Shown piece by piece: positions 15,406 to 24,230 of a stretch of 52,184 nt of DNA (the first letter of the stretch is position 1; each line of letters begins with the position of its first letter). The notes beneath the pieces were generated by a model that made no database searches, was not told the DNA's origin, and saw only the letters and a list, made by a program, of their open reading frames with translations. A program made the position numbers and the translations under genes. Origin of the DNA: a virus (Duplodnaviria; Caudoviricetes); IMG/VR virus record IMGVR_UViG_3300036852_000533, positions 1 through 52,184 of that record. One strand, given 5' to 3'.

Positions 15406-15666
15406 TTATATCCAGTTTTGGGCACCTGCATCCCAGGTCCACTGCACGGAGTCGTTCAGATTGGTGTACTGCGCCGGCTTGGTTGGGTCATCCGGTATCA
15501 AAGCCCCGGGGTCGCCGGAGCCTTCATAAAGTTCCTGCGATCCACCCGTGCCACCGCTGGCAATCTGGCATGATAAATAGGCGATGATGGCGAGAATTTG
15601 TTTCTCCGACAGGCATGCGAAGCATTTGGTGGAAGCGATTAAATCAGTTGGAGTGCAGGGTGTCAT
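15406..15666 (-). CDS. Cys-motif small virion-region protein (paralog 1)
   Basis: CTPTDLIASTKCFACLSEKQILAIIAYLSC. Confidence 0.7.
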   Translation of the reverse strand: MTPCTPTDLIASTKCFACLSEKQILAIIAYLSCQIASGGTGGSQELYEGSGDPGALIPDDPTKPAQYTNLNDSVQWTWDAGAQNWI

Positions 15667-15670
15667 AAGC

Positions 15671-16120
15671 TCAAGGATAAACACGGATTTCCACCCATAC
15701 GCGCTCCGGCTCGCCCGCTACGGGGGTGAAGTTCCAATCTTGAAATTCCTGTCCATTGGTGAACTCCATAAACACTATATTCTCTCCCGAAACGTAAGTG
15801 TTGTAGATGGTGCCTTGCCCTGAATCGTTCACCCCCATCGTTGAAAGCACAAAAGTTTTTCCAGTTGGAAAAGCGCCCGCCAACGTGCCGATGATACGCC
15901 CAAGAGGCTGGTTGTACGTCCAGACAATAGGTCCGACACTGTTTTCCAGCACGGTCACGTCGGGCGTGGGCGCTGGTACAATGCTTGCCCGATACACCTT
16001 TTGCGTGTCCTGTCCCGCAATGCTGCACGACAGGTTTGCAATAATGGCCAGCAATTGCTTCTCGGATAAACAGAGGAAGCACTTGGCAGATTCGATCAGT
16101 TCGGCGGATGTGCATGACAT
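15671..16120 (-). CDS. Cys-motif small virion-region protein (paralog 2)
   Basis: CTSAELIESAKCFLCLSEKQLLAIIANLSC. Confidence 0.7.
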   Translation of the reverse strand: MSCTSAELIESAKCFLCLSEKQLLAIIANLSCSIAGQDTQKVYRASIVPAPTPDVTVLENSVGPIVWTYNQPLGRIIGTLAGAFPTGKTFVLSTMGVNDSGQGTIYNTYVSGENIVFMEFTNGQEFQDWNFTPVAGEPERVWVEIRVYP

Positions 16121-16123
16121 CTG

Positions 16124-16633
16124 TTAAACAAAGTTTACGGTTTTGGTGTCGGACCAGCCGGAATCTTCGCAGGAGCATCCAACCCATCTCGCCTGCGCTT
16201 CCACGACATCTCCGGGAGAGAACCCGCTGCTGGTCGTGGAAGTATCCACGTTTTCTGACACAACCTCAGTCCACTCGCTTGCGGGAAGCAGACGATAACG
16301 AATCTGCCATTGCGGACAGGGGGCGCTGGCGGGCGTAACAACTTCGGCGGCGATGCTTTCAGCCCCCGACTGGAACACATCCCATTCCCCGCTGGCGGGT
16401 ATGGCTGGCGGCGTGCAACCCACCAGCCCGCAGAGCGCCGCGGCCCAGATCGCCAGCAGTTGTTTCTTGGAAAGACAGAGGAAGCACTTGGCGGAATCCA
16501 ACAAGCTCTCCGGTTCGGTGCTCCCACCAGCAGCAACCGCCAATGAATAAGCGGTCGCGGCCAGCAGTTGCTTGAAGCTCTCGTCTTGGAACTCCTTCGC
16601 ACTGTCAGACAATGCTTCGGGGGTGCAATCCAC
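16124..16633 (-). CDS. Cys-motif protein with two repeats and an FN3-like C-terminus (paralog 3)
   Basis: Two SAK.F..S.KQLLA repeats; WQIRYR...EW...VEAQAR...SGWS. Confidence 0.7.
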   Translation of the reverse strand: MDCTPEALSDSAKEFQDESFKQLLAATAYSLAVAAGGSTEPESLLDSAKCFLCLSKKQLLAIWAAALCGLVGCTPPAIPASGEWDVFQSGAESIAAEVVTPASAPCPQWQIRYRLLPASEWTEVVSENVDTSTTSSGFSPGDVVEAQARWVGCSCEDSGWSDTKTVNFV

Positions 16634-16636
16634 GGT

Positions 16637-17020
16637 TCAGGTTCCGGTATGCTTGCCTAATTTGCAGGCCAGCAGGATGAGAATGGCGTCCAAATCACTG
16701 AAATTCTGGAAACAGCAGCCTGTGGCCGCGTTCAATTCCTGGATGCTGGTAGGCACGGTCGCCCCGGCAGCCACCGCATTGTTGTAGGCGATGTTGAGCA
16801 ACGCAATGCGCCTTTGATTCGGATTCATCGTGGACACCAGCGCCGTGGCATCTGCAATCAGGGTCGTGGTCATGGCCGCGCTGTAATCGGTCCCGCCGAC
16901 CGCAGCCAGTTCCAGCACGTTCAGATAGATCATCAGCGCCTTTTGCTGAACCTCGTTCAGCCCGTCCAATCCGAACACGACGTTCGTTTCCGCAAGAGCG
17001 GATTTGGTGCAAGTCGGCAT
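16637..17020 (-). CDS. Small virion-region protein (distant Cys-motif paralog)
   Basis: MPTCT...CCFQ..LDAILILLAC. Confidence 0.65.
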   Translation of the reverse strand: MPTCTKSALAETNVVFGLDGLNEVQQKALMIYLNVLELAAVGGTDYSAAMTTTLIADATALVSTMNPNQRRIALLNIAYNNAVAAGATVPTSIQELNAATGCCFQNFSDLDAILILLACKLGKHTGT

Positions 17021-17023
17021 AGG

Positions 17024-17353
17024 TTACATTTCCTCTTTTGGTTCAAATTCTCCAGCCATCGCATCACTGCCCCCGGATTCTTCCGCCGGATGGTCGTAGG
17101 CCACGGTGATGCCGTTTTCGTCGCTGCTGACGACCTTCAGGCGGATAACGTCGCCAGGCTTCACCCGTTGGTCGCCAATGAGCGATGTCGGAATTACGGC
17201 TGTCTCGCCTTCGTCCGAGTCGTCCATTGCCTCGCCCGGATTACGATTTACCTCGTAGTCATCATCGCCTTTGGACATCGCGTTTGGGCCGCGTTCAATC
17301 ATGCGAATCTTGGAAGCGTGTTTGATGGCTGCGCCGAACAGCGGCGCAGCCAC
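17024..17353 (-). CDS. Acidic hypothetical protein
   Basis: In operon directly after the capsid gene. Confidence 0.55.
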   Translation of the reverse strand: MAAPLFGAAIKHASKIRMIERGPNAMSKGDDDYEVNRNPGEAMDDSDEGETAVIPTSLIGDQRVKPGDVIRLKVVSSDENGITVAYDHPAEESGGSDAMAGEFEPKEEM

Positions 17354-17362
17354 CAGACAGTT

Positions 17363-18694
17363 TTACGTTTCAACACACATCTCAGGATTCGACGTGTAAT
17401 ACTGAGCCGCATACTGCGGAACATCGCCGCAAACCGGCTGGTCAACCGTGCAGGCACGGCCCGAACCGTCAATCAGGTGCAGAATCGGCATCACCAGATC
17501 GCGTTGTTCGTACTTGAAACCTGCTTCGAGGTAGCAGAGCCAGTAGAACCACCATTGCAACGCATTGTCCTTCGTGCAGGTCGAACCGTCCGGGTTGGGC
17601 CAGCTAATGACGCCATCCGGGTTGTGGAACTTCCAATTGCCCCACATGGCGCTGTTGATCGTGGGGATCATCTCGTGAATCTTCTTCGGACTCGCCGTGA
17701 GCATCGTCGCCGCCTTGGGATGTAGGATGTAGGTAATCGCGTACCGGGCGTTGAGCCACGCCGAATTTACGGTCGGCTTCTGGCCGGTCGTCGCTGCCGC
17801 GTTTGTGTACGGCAACAGCCGTTGCAACAAACCGTTGCCTGCGTGCTGGAACCGCAACTGTTGCGTGTCGAACGTGGGGGCAAACGGGCCGAACGGGTCG
17901 GCATTGATGCCCTTGCCAGGCATGTAGAGCGGGGAAAGCTCCTTGATGCCTTCGACTTTGAGAAGCGAGCGCAGTTCCGGGTTCAGTCCGACAAGCTTCT
18001 GGTAGGTGCGCGAGTGTGTCACCATGTTGAACATGCTCGCTGGCAGGCCGCTGGACTCGGAATAGCCCTTCATTTCGAGTTCCTGGCCGTAGGCGGTCAG
18101 GATGTTCCAGGTAAGCTCGCTGGTGGGCAGCAATGCCGTGCTGCCGAGGTTGATCGTCTCCAGGTTCTTGCCCGTGTTGGCGCTCGTGATGGCGAACGTG
18201 TCGTAATCCGATCCGGCGATTTGCAGCAGGTCGTGGTACGCCGTGAACCGGGTGCGGAGGTAGTCGGCGAAGAAGCCCAGCGGAATCTTCCGCAACACGC
18301 GATAGATTCCGCGAATCTGGTCAGACAGGTTCGGAATCTGCCGCAGTTCATCGAGGCACATGACGCGCGAGTACAGCGTCTTGTTCTCCATCTTGTAGCT
18401 GTCCCGGGTCGTGCCCCAATCCACGAACGTCTTGGGCGGGTTGCAGGCGTTCGCGCAATCCCCGGTCAGGCCGGAATCACGGTCGGCCCACGGCGACGTG
18501 TAATCCGGCTGGGCCACATGCACCTTGTCGAACACGCGCACTGCCGCGCCATCTTTCCAGACGGCAGTCATGTGGCGACCGAGGAACGGCGCGTTGGGCA
18601 TGTCGGAGATGAAGTCGTTCAGGAACGTCTCGTCGTATATCGGAGTTTGTCTCGCAAAATCGTCTCGAAGTTGGTCGCACGATGTAGTTGGCAT
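17363..18694 (-). CDS. Putative major capsid protein
   Basis: About 443 aa, downstream of portal and scaffold candidates, preceded by a long leader; assignment by size and synteny; start reassigned to 18694. Confidence 0.7.
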   Translation of the reverse strand: MPTTSCDQLRDDFARQTPIYDETFLNDFISDMPNAPFLGRHMTAVWKDGAAVRVFDKVHVAQPDYTSPWADRDSGLTGDCANACNPPKTFVDWGTTRDSYKMENKTLYSRVMCLDELRQIPNLSDQIRGIYRVLRKIPLGFFADYLRTRFTAYHDLLQIAGSDYDTFAITSANTGKNLETINLGSTALLPTSELTWNILTAYGQELEMKGYSESSGLPASMFNMVTHSRTYQKLVGLNPELRSLLKVEGIKELSPLYMPGKGINADPFGPFAPTFDTQQLRFQHAGNGLLQRLLPYTNAAATTGQKPTVNSAWLNARYAITYILHPKAATMLTASPKKIHEMIPTINSAMWGNWKFHNPDGVISWPNPDGSTCTKDNALQWWFYWLCYLEAGFKYEQRDLVMPILHLIDGSGRACTVDQPVCGDVPQYAAQYYTSNPEMCVET

Positions 18695-18852
18695 ACAATC
18701 ACTTAAATCTTTTTTGCTTCCGCATAAAATTGCGCGGCGGCAATGGTTTTCGTTTCGTTTGGGAGTTCTCGCGATTACGTGGAGCGCGGGCACGTGCCAA
18801 CGAGGAGGCGGATACACTCGTTACCAACGCGCAACCGTTAAGCCCAAAGTCC

Positions 18853-18882
18853 TTGACCGGCAACTTGTAAAATTATTACACT
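18853..18882 (+). promoter_or_regulatory. Promoter with TGTAA-N5-TTACA operator, probably leaderless
   Basis: TTGACC-18 nt-TACACT, 6 nt before ATG 18889. Confidence 0.55.
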
Positions 18883-18888
18883 GTAAGT

Positions 18889-19056
18889 ATGAGCTTCAAA
18901 AAAGAACTCAGAAAATGGCGCGGCAAAAGACTTCAAAAGCAAGCCGCCGACCTTCTAAAAGTAAAAGCTCAAACGTACTCGACATGGGAGCAGGGACGGC
19001 GGACCCCAAGCGATTTGGCGCGTCTGGAATTGCGAAGAAGAATGTATGGATGCTGA
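18889..19056 (+). CDS. XRE/Cro-type HTH regulator, 55 aa (missed by the ORF track)
   Basis: MSFKKELRKWRGKRLQKQAADLLKVKAQTYSTWEQGRRTP is a canonical HTH_XRE pattern. Confidence 0.8.
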   Translation: MSFKKELRKWRGKRLQKQAADLLKVKAQTYSTWEQGRRTPSDLARLELRRRMYGC

Positions 19057-19444
19057 ATCCCAGAGAGCCTACAGAGTCGCAAACCACGAAAAGCTTCTGG
19101 AAATCGAGAGGCTATCTCGCGCCAAGCGCGTGGACAAAAATCGTGAGTATGCAAAACAAAGGAGGGCTAAAGAGCCGGAGAGAATGATGGCTTTCGTAAA
19201 AGCGTCGTACTGGAGGCACAAGGAAAAACGCTCGGCATATTGGAAGGAGTATTACCTTAAAAACCGGGAGCGGCTGATTTCCGACCGGGTGCGATGGTCA
19301 AAAAACAACCCGGAAAAAGACAAAGCCACAAACTCCCGATACCGAAAGCGCAATTCAGAAAAACTTTCCGCCAGCAACAAGAAGTGGAGAGTTGAGAAAT
19401 TTCCAAGTCCGACAATCTTCCGGGGCCGCATCAGCCGTTGCTGA
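19046..19444 (+). CDS. Highly basic helical-repeat protein (like the N-terminal part of HNH-associated proteins)
   Basis: Repeats of Y/W-R..N.EK; no HNH motif seen. Confidence 0.6.
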   Translation: MDAESQRAYRVANHEKLLEIERLSRAKRVDKNREYAKQRRAKEPERMMAFVKASYWRHKEKRSAYWKEYYLKNRERLISDRVRWSKNNPEKDKATNSRYRKRNSEKLSASNKKWRVEKFPSPTIFRGRISRC

Positions 19445-19450
19445 TTTAGA

Positions 19451-21841
19451 TTACTTCACCCCATCCGACAACCCCGTCAGCCCCGCCTTTTCCGCCAGCA
19501 CAGGAATCTTTTTTGGACAGGCTTCGTCGTATTCACGTTTGAGCCGGATGTAATTCGGATCCGTGATCGTATCCGCCAGCTTTTCCATCGCCCGCTTCAA
19601 ACTGGCGTCCGCAGCCGCGTAATTGCTGCTGTGCCGGAAAAAGGTGACGCAGTTGCTTTGGTCGCCACGCCGGTAAATGTTGGGCGGTTTTCGCCATTCC
19701 GGCCACTCATATTCACCATCCCAAGTGGCGAGCATGACCTTGCAGCCCTTCTTGTAAGCGAGCTTCCAGAGAGCATTTCGCCCATGTTCAAAATCGTAAC
19801 GTTGCAGTTTGGTGTTCACCTTGATCGGATAATTGGCCAGCAGGCTGGGGGAACACCAGAAACCGGACGTGTTCAAATGCGGGCTAACCTCGTAAGTGGC
19901 CTGACTGCCGTACAATCCCGGGCCGTGCTTTTGCCAGACACTCACCATGCGTTGCAACCATCCCTGCCGTTGTACGAAAGCGGTGCCCCCAAGACAAACC
20001 ATCATGTCCTCTGGAATCGTTTTGGACACGGCGATGAAAGCGCCGATGTCCCACCCGGAATCGTCATGCTGATAAAAACTGACATTGGGCAGCGTCAACA
20101 GGAGCTTGCGCATCTCCTGAGTCGGAGGCCTGCCTTGACAAACCACGATGATCCGATGCCCGACTCCACCTGGATTTTTCAGGCAGGAGAATACAAACCG
20201 CCGCGTCAATTCAATGTGCTCCTGATCGTGTGGGACGTGGACGTACACGACCACCACGGAAGGCGCCAGCACCGTCGGAAGTTCACCATTGAAACAGTCA
20301 AAATTGCCGGGAATCCGGGTGGCATTGTGGTCAAGATATGCGCCCCACTTGCGCTCGAAAATTGCAGTGGATTGCCTCACAAAATCCATCAGCGGATGGC
20401 CAAGTGTTTTCGTGCTCCGCCCTTCATCGTGCAAACCGCGGGCGAGCGGCGTGTACATGACGCGATAACCTGCACGCCGGATTGCCAGACATAGCGAATT
20501 GTCCTCGCAGTACAAAAAGAAGTCCCTGTCCCATTGCCCAGCTTTGTAAAACGCTTGCCTGCGGGTGAGCATAACAGCCCCGCGCACGTCCTCCAATTCC
20601 AATGGTTCCTTGAAAGTCGGCTCCCGTTTCCCCCAATCAATGTTTTCCCATCCGCGCGCATTGGGTTTTCTTAGACAACCTCCGGTTTGAATCCTGCCAT
20701 CTTGAAATCTCAACTGGCATCCCACAATCCCCACATTCGGCGCTGCCACTTTGAGCATCTTTTGTACGGCATCCACACCAAGCTCCACATCGTCATTGCA
20801 GAATAGAATCCACCGACCATTTGTGTGCTTGGCTCCAAAATTACAGTTCCGGCCAAAGCCGGTGTTTGATTCCGAGGAGCACACGTAATTCACCTTGGGA
20901 TGTTTCAATGCCTGCTGCGGCAGGATGCCAGTCTGGTCCCGGCAGACCACGATTTCACCGACCTGCGGAATCAACGCAGTCAGACATCGGTTTAGAATCG
21001 CCGCCTCGGGACGATAAATCGGCACCACGGCGGATACATCCTCAGCCACGGATGTATTGAAGTCGGTCGGAGGACTTCCATTCAATGCCTCTTGGGCCGA
21101 TTGAAGCAACTGGCCTTTGCGATTCGGGAATTCCCCGTATGTGCAATAAAACCTGAAATGGTTGGACGGCGCGCTTCCATGCCATCGCGTTGGAACATCC
21201 GACAGCAACGCAATGGCCGGCGTCGTGGACGCCTTGCAGAGATGCAGGTGTATGGTGTCAATCGTGACGATCAACTTTGCGGCATCGTAGAGCGCCAGCA
21301 AATCCAACGGATGCGGCAACCGAATTTCAGAGAGACGAAGGATGCGATGTGTTGTTCCGAATGTTTCACGAATCAGGGAGACCAGCTCATCCATAAACCT
21401 GAACGGGCTGCTTTGGGAATAATCGCCTATCAGAATCGCAGGCTTTTCACCAAGATGTTGCTTCGCCAGCGCGCCGGCGTTTGCCGGTCTTGGCAACACC
21501 AAGGGCAGCGTGTCCCACAGATGCAAACAGCCTGCACGATCCCATTGGTCAAGCTGGAAAGATGACCGCCTTTTTTGAATTGGAAAATCCCGACCGAAGG
21601 TGGACAGGACAACCACGCTTGGGAATCTGGCCCTGGCGAATTTTACGGCGCCGGCCAGATCGCTCCAATGGCCATCGAAAATAACCGGAGTGAGATAGGG
21701 AATGTCGCTCACGAGCGGAGCAAATTCCTGAGCCGAGATCAGTGCTGGTTTCTGGCCGGTGCGGTTGAATTCAAACAGCAGAATCGGAAGCACCCCGAGA
21801 ATGTCGCCGTGCTTTCCAAGCTGGAGATAGGTCTTGGGCAT
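19451..21841 (-). CDS. Multi-domain glycosyltransferase (GT9-like, GT2 and a third GT-like domain)
   Basis: LGKHGDIL..LP and AKLIVTIDTIHLHL (GT9-like); SAVVPIY..NTGFGRNCN..ILFCNDD..FFLYCED (GT2); GWDIGAF. Confidence 0.85.
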   Translation of the reverse strand: MPKTYLQLGKHGDILGVLPILLFEFNRTGQKPALISAQEFAPLVSDIPYLTPVIFDGHWSDLAGAVKFARARFPSVVVLSTFGRDFPIQKRRSSFQLDQWDRAGCLHLWDTLPLVLPRPANAGALAKQHLGEKPAILIGDYSQSSPFRFMDELVSLIRETFGTTHRILRLSEIRLPHPLDLLALYDAAKLIVTIDTIHLHLCKASTTPAIALLSDVPTRWHGSAPSNHFRFYCTYGEFPNRKGQLLQSAQEALNGSPPTDFNTSVAEDVSAVVPIYRPEAAILNRCLTALIPQVGEIVVCRDQTGILPQQALKHPKVNYVCSSESNTGFGRNCNFGAKHTNGRWILFCNDDVELGVDAVQKMLKVAAPNVGIVGCQLRFQDGRIQTGGCLRKPNARGWENIDWGKREPTFKEPLELEDVRGAVMLTRRQAFYKAGQWDRDFFLYCEDNSLCLAIRRAGYRVMYTPLARGLHDEGRSTKTLGHPLMDFVRQSTAIFERKWGAYLDHNATRIPGNFDCFNGELPTVLAPSVVVVYVHVPHDQEHIELTRRFVFSCLKNPGGVGHRIIVVCQGRPPTQEMRKLLLTLPNVSFYQHDDSGWDIGAFIAVSKTIPEDMMVCLGGTAFVQRQGWLQRMVSVWQKHGPGLYGSQATYEVSPHLNTSGFWCSPSLLANYPIKVNTKLQRYDFEHGRNALWKLAYKKGCKVMLATWDGEYEWPEWRKPPNIYRRGDQSNCVTFFRHSSNYAAADASLKRAMEKLADTITDPNYIRLKREYDEACPKKIPVLAEKAGLTGLSDGVK

Positions 21842-21850
21842 GTCACAAAA

Positions 21851-22066
21851 TTAGATGCTTTCGTGTTCAGCACACCATTTTCTCAAACACGCCAAATCAC
21901 AGAAATCATAGATAAACAACGTGCAAGGTTCTTCTGTTATTGGCATTGAAGCGTTACGCTCGATTTGAGGCGTGTAAATTGAAACGACCTTTCTCAATTC
22001 CAAAATTTCCCCAGAGACATCGTGCTCTTTGCCGCATTGGTCGCATTTATTTTTAGATATTTTCAC
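21851..22066 (-). CDS. Small Zn-binding hypothetical protein
   Basis: CDQCG...DFCDLACL. Confidence 0.55.
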   Translation of the reverse strand: MKISKNKCDQCGKEHDVSGEILELRKVVSIYTPQIERNASMPITEEPCTLFIYDFCDLACLRKWCAEHESI

Positions 22067-22350
22067 GTCAACACCGCCTGAACTTCATCCTGTCTCAGCA
22101 TTATCACACGACCGTCGCCTAGCGGCACCCATTGGCCGTACTGCTTCTTCCACCGCACCCGGTCGCCCACGGAGAACTCGGGTTCGATGACTGCGCCTTT
22201 CTTGGTCTTGTGGCCTCTGCCGATGGCCAGCACCACGCCTTCCTCCGGCATCGTGTACCACTGATATTTGTGCGGGATTTCCAGAAACGTCCTTGGCGCC
22301 GGTGACTCCGGCTGAATGAACACCCGGCCTTGAGTGGGTTTTACATTCAT
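22063..22350 (-). CDS. groES: GroES/Cpn10-like co-chaperonin
   Basis: VKP..GRV.I..EEGVVLAIGRG..KG...FSVGDRV...YG...IMLRQDEVQAV. Confidence 0.85.
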   Translation of the reverse strand: MNVKPTQGRVFIQPESPAPRTFLEIPHKYQWYTMPEEGVVLAIGRGHKTKKGAVIEPEFSVGDRVRWKKQYGQWVPLGDGRVIMLRQDEVQAVLT

Positions 22351-23570
22351 GCAGTTTTCCCAAAGCCTTCGGCCAGATCGTCACTGCCCATCGGTTTCTT
22401 TTCAAGAGCACCACCACCCCCGCCGCCTTCAATCTCGCCAGGATCGGTCTTGCGGTACCTGGCCAGTTCGGCGTCTTTGGCCGCAATGATGTCGTCTTTC
22501 TTTTTGAGCATGACGAGAGCGCGCGGAAAAGACGCGGCATAGCGGCGAATCAGGGCCGCTTGCTTGGCAGCGAGCTTCCCGCGTTCCTCCGGTGACAGCT
22601 TGGCCCGCTCCTGTGCAAATCCATCCAGCATCGTAAGCGCCTTATTCATGGCGTCCACCGCCTCGGGATTTTCAGGGTCGTCTCCAAAGTTCTGCGGGTA
22701 CTTTTGGACAAGTAACTGCTCAAATTCGGAGTGCGTGGCGTCAAATGTCTTGGCAAAGCCCTGTTCCTTTTCCTGAAACTGACGGCGCTTTTGGTCGTAG
22801 GTATTGCGCTTCTCGGAAATCTCCTGTTGGCCGGATTCTTCGATGGAATAGAGCTTCTGCGTGTATTCCAACACGGCGGCGGCGTCCTCGCCAAACAACT
22901 GCTTGGCCAGCGTGCGCTGTTCGGCTCGGGAATTGCGCAGGGCGAACACACGCTCGAAATCGCGTTGCGTGGCAGCCCGGGTCTTTTCCTCGGAAATCAA
23001 TTCGCCGTCGCGCTGAATCTGCTCTGAATACTTGACCTGCATCCCTTTTACGTCCTCGACGGCATCCTTCCACTGCTTGTTCCACTTCTCCTGATACTTT
23101 GTCTTGAACTCGGGACTTTCCTGAAAGTCGCGGGCGTACAGTTCAGCCTCCAAATCCTGCTGGCGCTTTTCGAGCGCATCATAGCGCGCCTGTTGTTCCG
23201 GGGTCAGAAACGGTTTCTTCTCCAATTCGGCCAGTTTTGAGGCGAGGGATTGGCGTTCGGTAGCCTGCGACTGCTTGAACGTCTCGTATTCTTCTTTGAG
23301 CTTCTTGTGCGCGATACGCAACTTCACCGGGTCTTTTTCTTCCTTCTCGGGCGCTGGCGACGGCGCGGGCTTGCCCGGCGATTCTTTGCCCGCTTCCGGC
23401 TTTGACTTCTCTGGAGATGGCGCGGGCTTCGGCGCAATCAGCGACTCCATTCCGCTGATAAGCGACTCACTACCGGCATCAGGAGCGGGTGACGGGCTTG
23501 GTGCCGGACTTGGACTTGGTGCCGGTGATGGCGATGGGCTTGGAGCGGGTGGCGCGATTGTTTCTGGCAT
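22347..23570 (-). CDS. Putative scaffolding protein
   Basis: Pro/Ser-rich N-terminus and long charged coiled coil; between portal and capsid candidates. Confidence 0.6.
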   Translation of the reverse strand: MPETIAPPAPSPSPSPAPSPSPAPSPSPAPDAGSESLISGMESLIAPKPAPSPEKSKPEAGKESPGKPAPSPAPEKEEKDPVKLRIAHKKLKEEYETFKQSQATERQSLASKLAELEKKPFLTPEQQARYDALEKRQQDLEAELYARDFQESPEFKTKYQEKWNKQWKDAVEDVKGMQVKYSEQIQRDGELISEEKTRAATQRDFERVFALRNSRAEQRTLAKQLFGEDAAAVLEYTQKLYSIEESGQQEISEKRNTYDQKRRQFQEKEQGFAKTFDATHSEFEQLLVQKYPQNFGDDPENPEAVDAMNKALTMLDGFAQERAKLSPEERGKLAAKQAALIRRYAASFPRALVMLKKKDDIIAAKDAELARYRKTDPGEIEGGGGGGALEKKPMGSDDLAEGFGKTA

Positions 23571-23572
23571 GG

Positions 23573-23854
23573 TTATTCCTTCTCGGGTTCGGGGAGTGGT
23601 GACGTTTGATCGGCGTGCAGGGTGTGAACGGGATACTTGGCCGTCCTTTCCAGCTTTTCATGCAGATTGATGAACACGCCGATGAAACGGCGCACACCAG
23701 CCAGTTCGGATTCGGTCGCGCCATTGGCGGCGAACTGCGCCATCGAATAGGCGAGCGAGACGGTCATCCATCGCTGTGATGCCTGTTTACCAAGCTCGTC
23801 GGCGCTGTCCTTTTGGAACAACTGGTATTGCTGGCGAGGGTTGAAGTCGGTCAT
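23573..23854 (-). CDS. Small hypothetical protein between portal and scaffold
   Basis: ATG 23854 lies 6 nt after a GATAAT -10-like hexamer. Confidence 0.6.
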   Translation of the reverse strand: MTDFNPRQQYQLFQKDSADELGKQASQRWMTVSLAYSMAQFAANGATESELAGVRRFIGVFINLHEKLERTAKYPVHTLHADQTSPLPEPEKE

Positions 23855-24023
23855 GGAAACATTATCCCCTCTTTGACACAAATGCGCCAATGACCAAACC
23901 GCTTGTGAAGCTTGCGCAAAGCGGATTCGTCAGAGCGTGCGATGATGTTTCCAACCCATTGCAGGTTGTGTGAAGATCGCGGTGTCCTGCCTGACCATGT
24001 TGCAAACACAAAATGTTTTTTTG

Positions 24024-24230
24024 TCATTTGGAATCCTCTTTCTCAAAATCGGAAAGCTGCGCATCCAGCCGCAACCGCACCATGACATTGACTTGCTTGT
24101 TAATGCTCATGTCCACATCAGGATAGAGCCTGCTTTGGTGGCGACGCAGCCGCTTGAGCTTTTTCAGGTTTTCAGGTGTCAGTCGGATTTGCAACGTGTG
24201 GACGATGCAATCATTCTGTGGCTGTGTCAA
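24024..24230 (-). CDS. Small hypothetical protein (possible RHH-like)
   Basis: TLQIRLTPE..KKLK...SINKQVN pattern. Confidence 0.45.
   Translation of the reverse strand: MTQPQNDCIVHTLQIRLTPENLKKLKRLRRHQSRLYPDVDMSINKQVNVMVRLRLDAQLSDFEKEDSK

Noticed and set aside
23480-23555. Short repeats at the start of the scaffold candidate
   Set aside because: Explained by a Pro-Ser-Pro-Ala low-complexity coding linker
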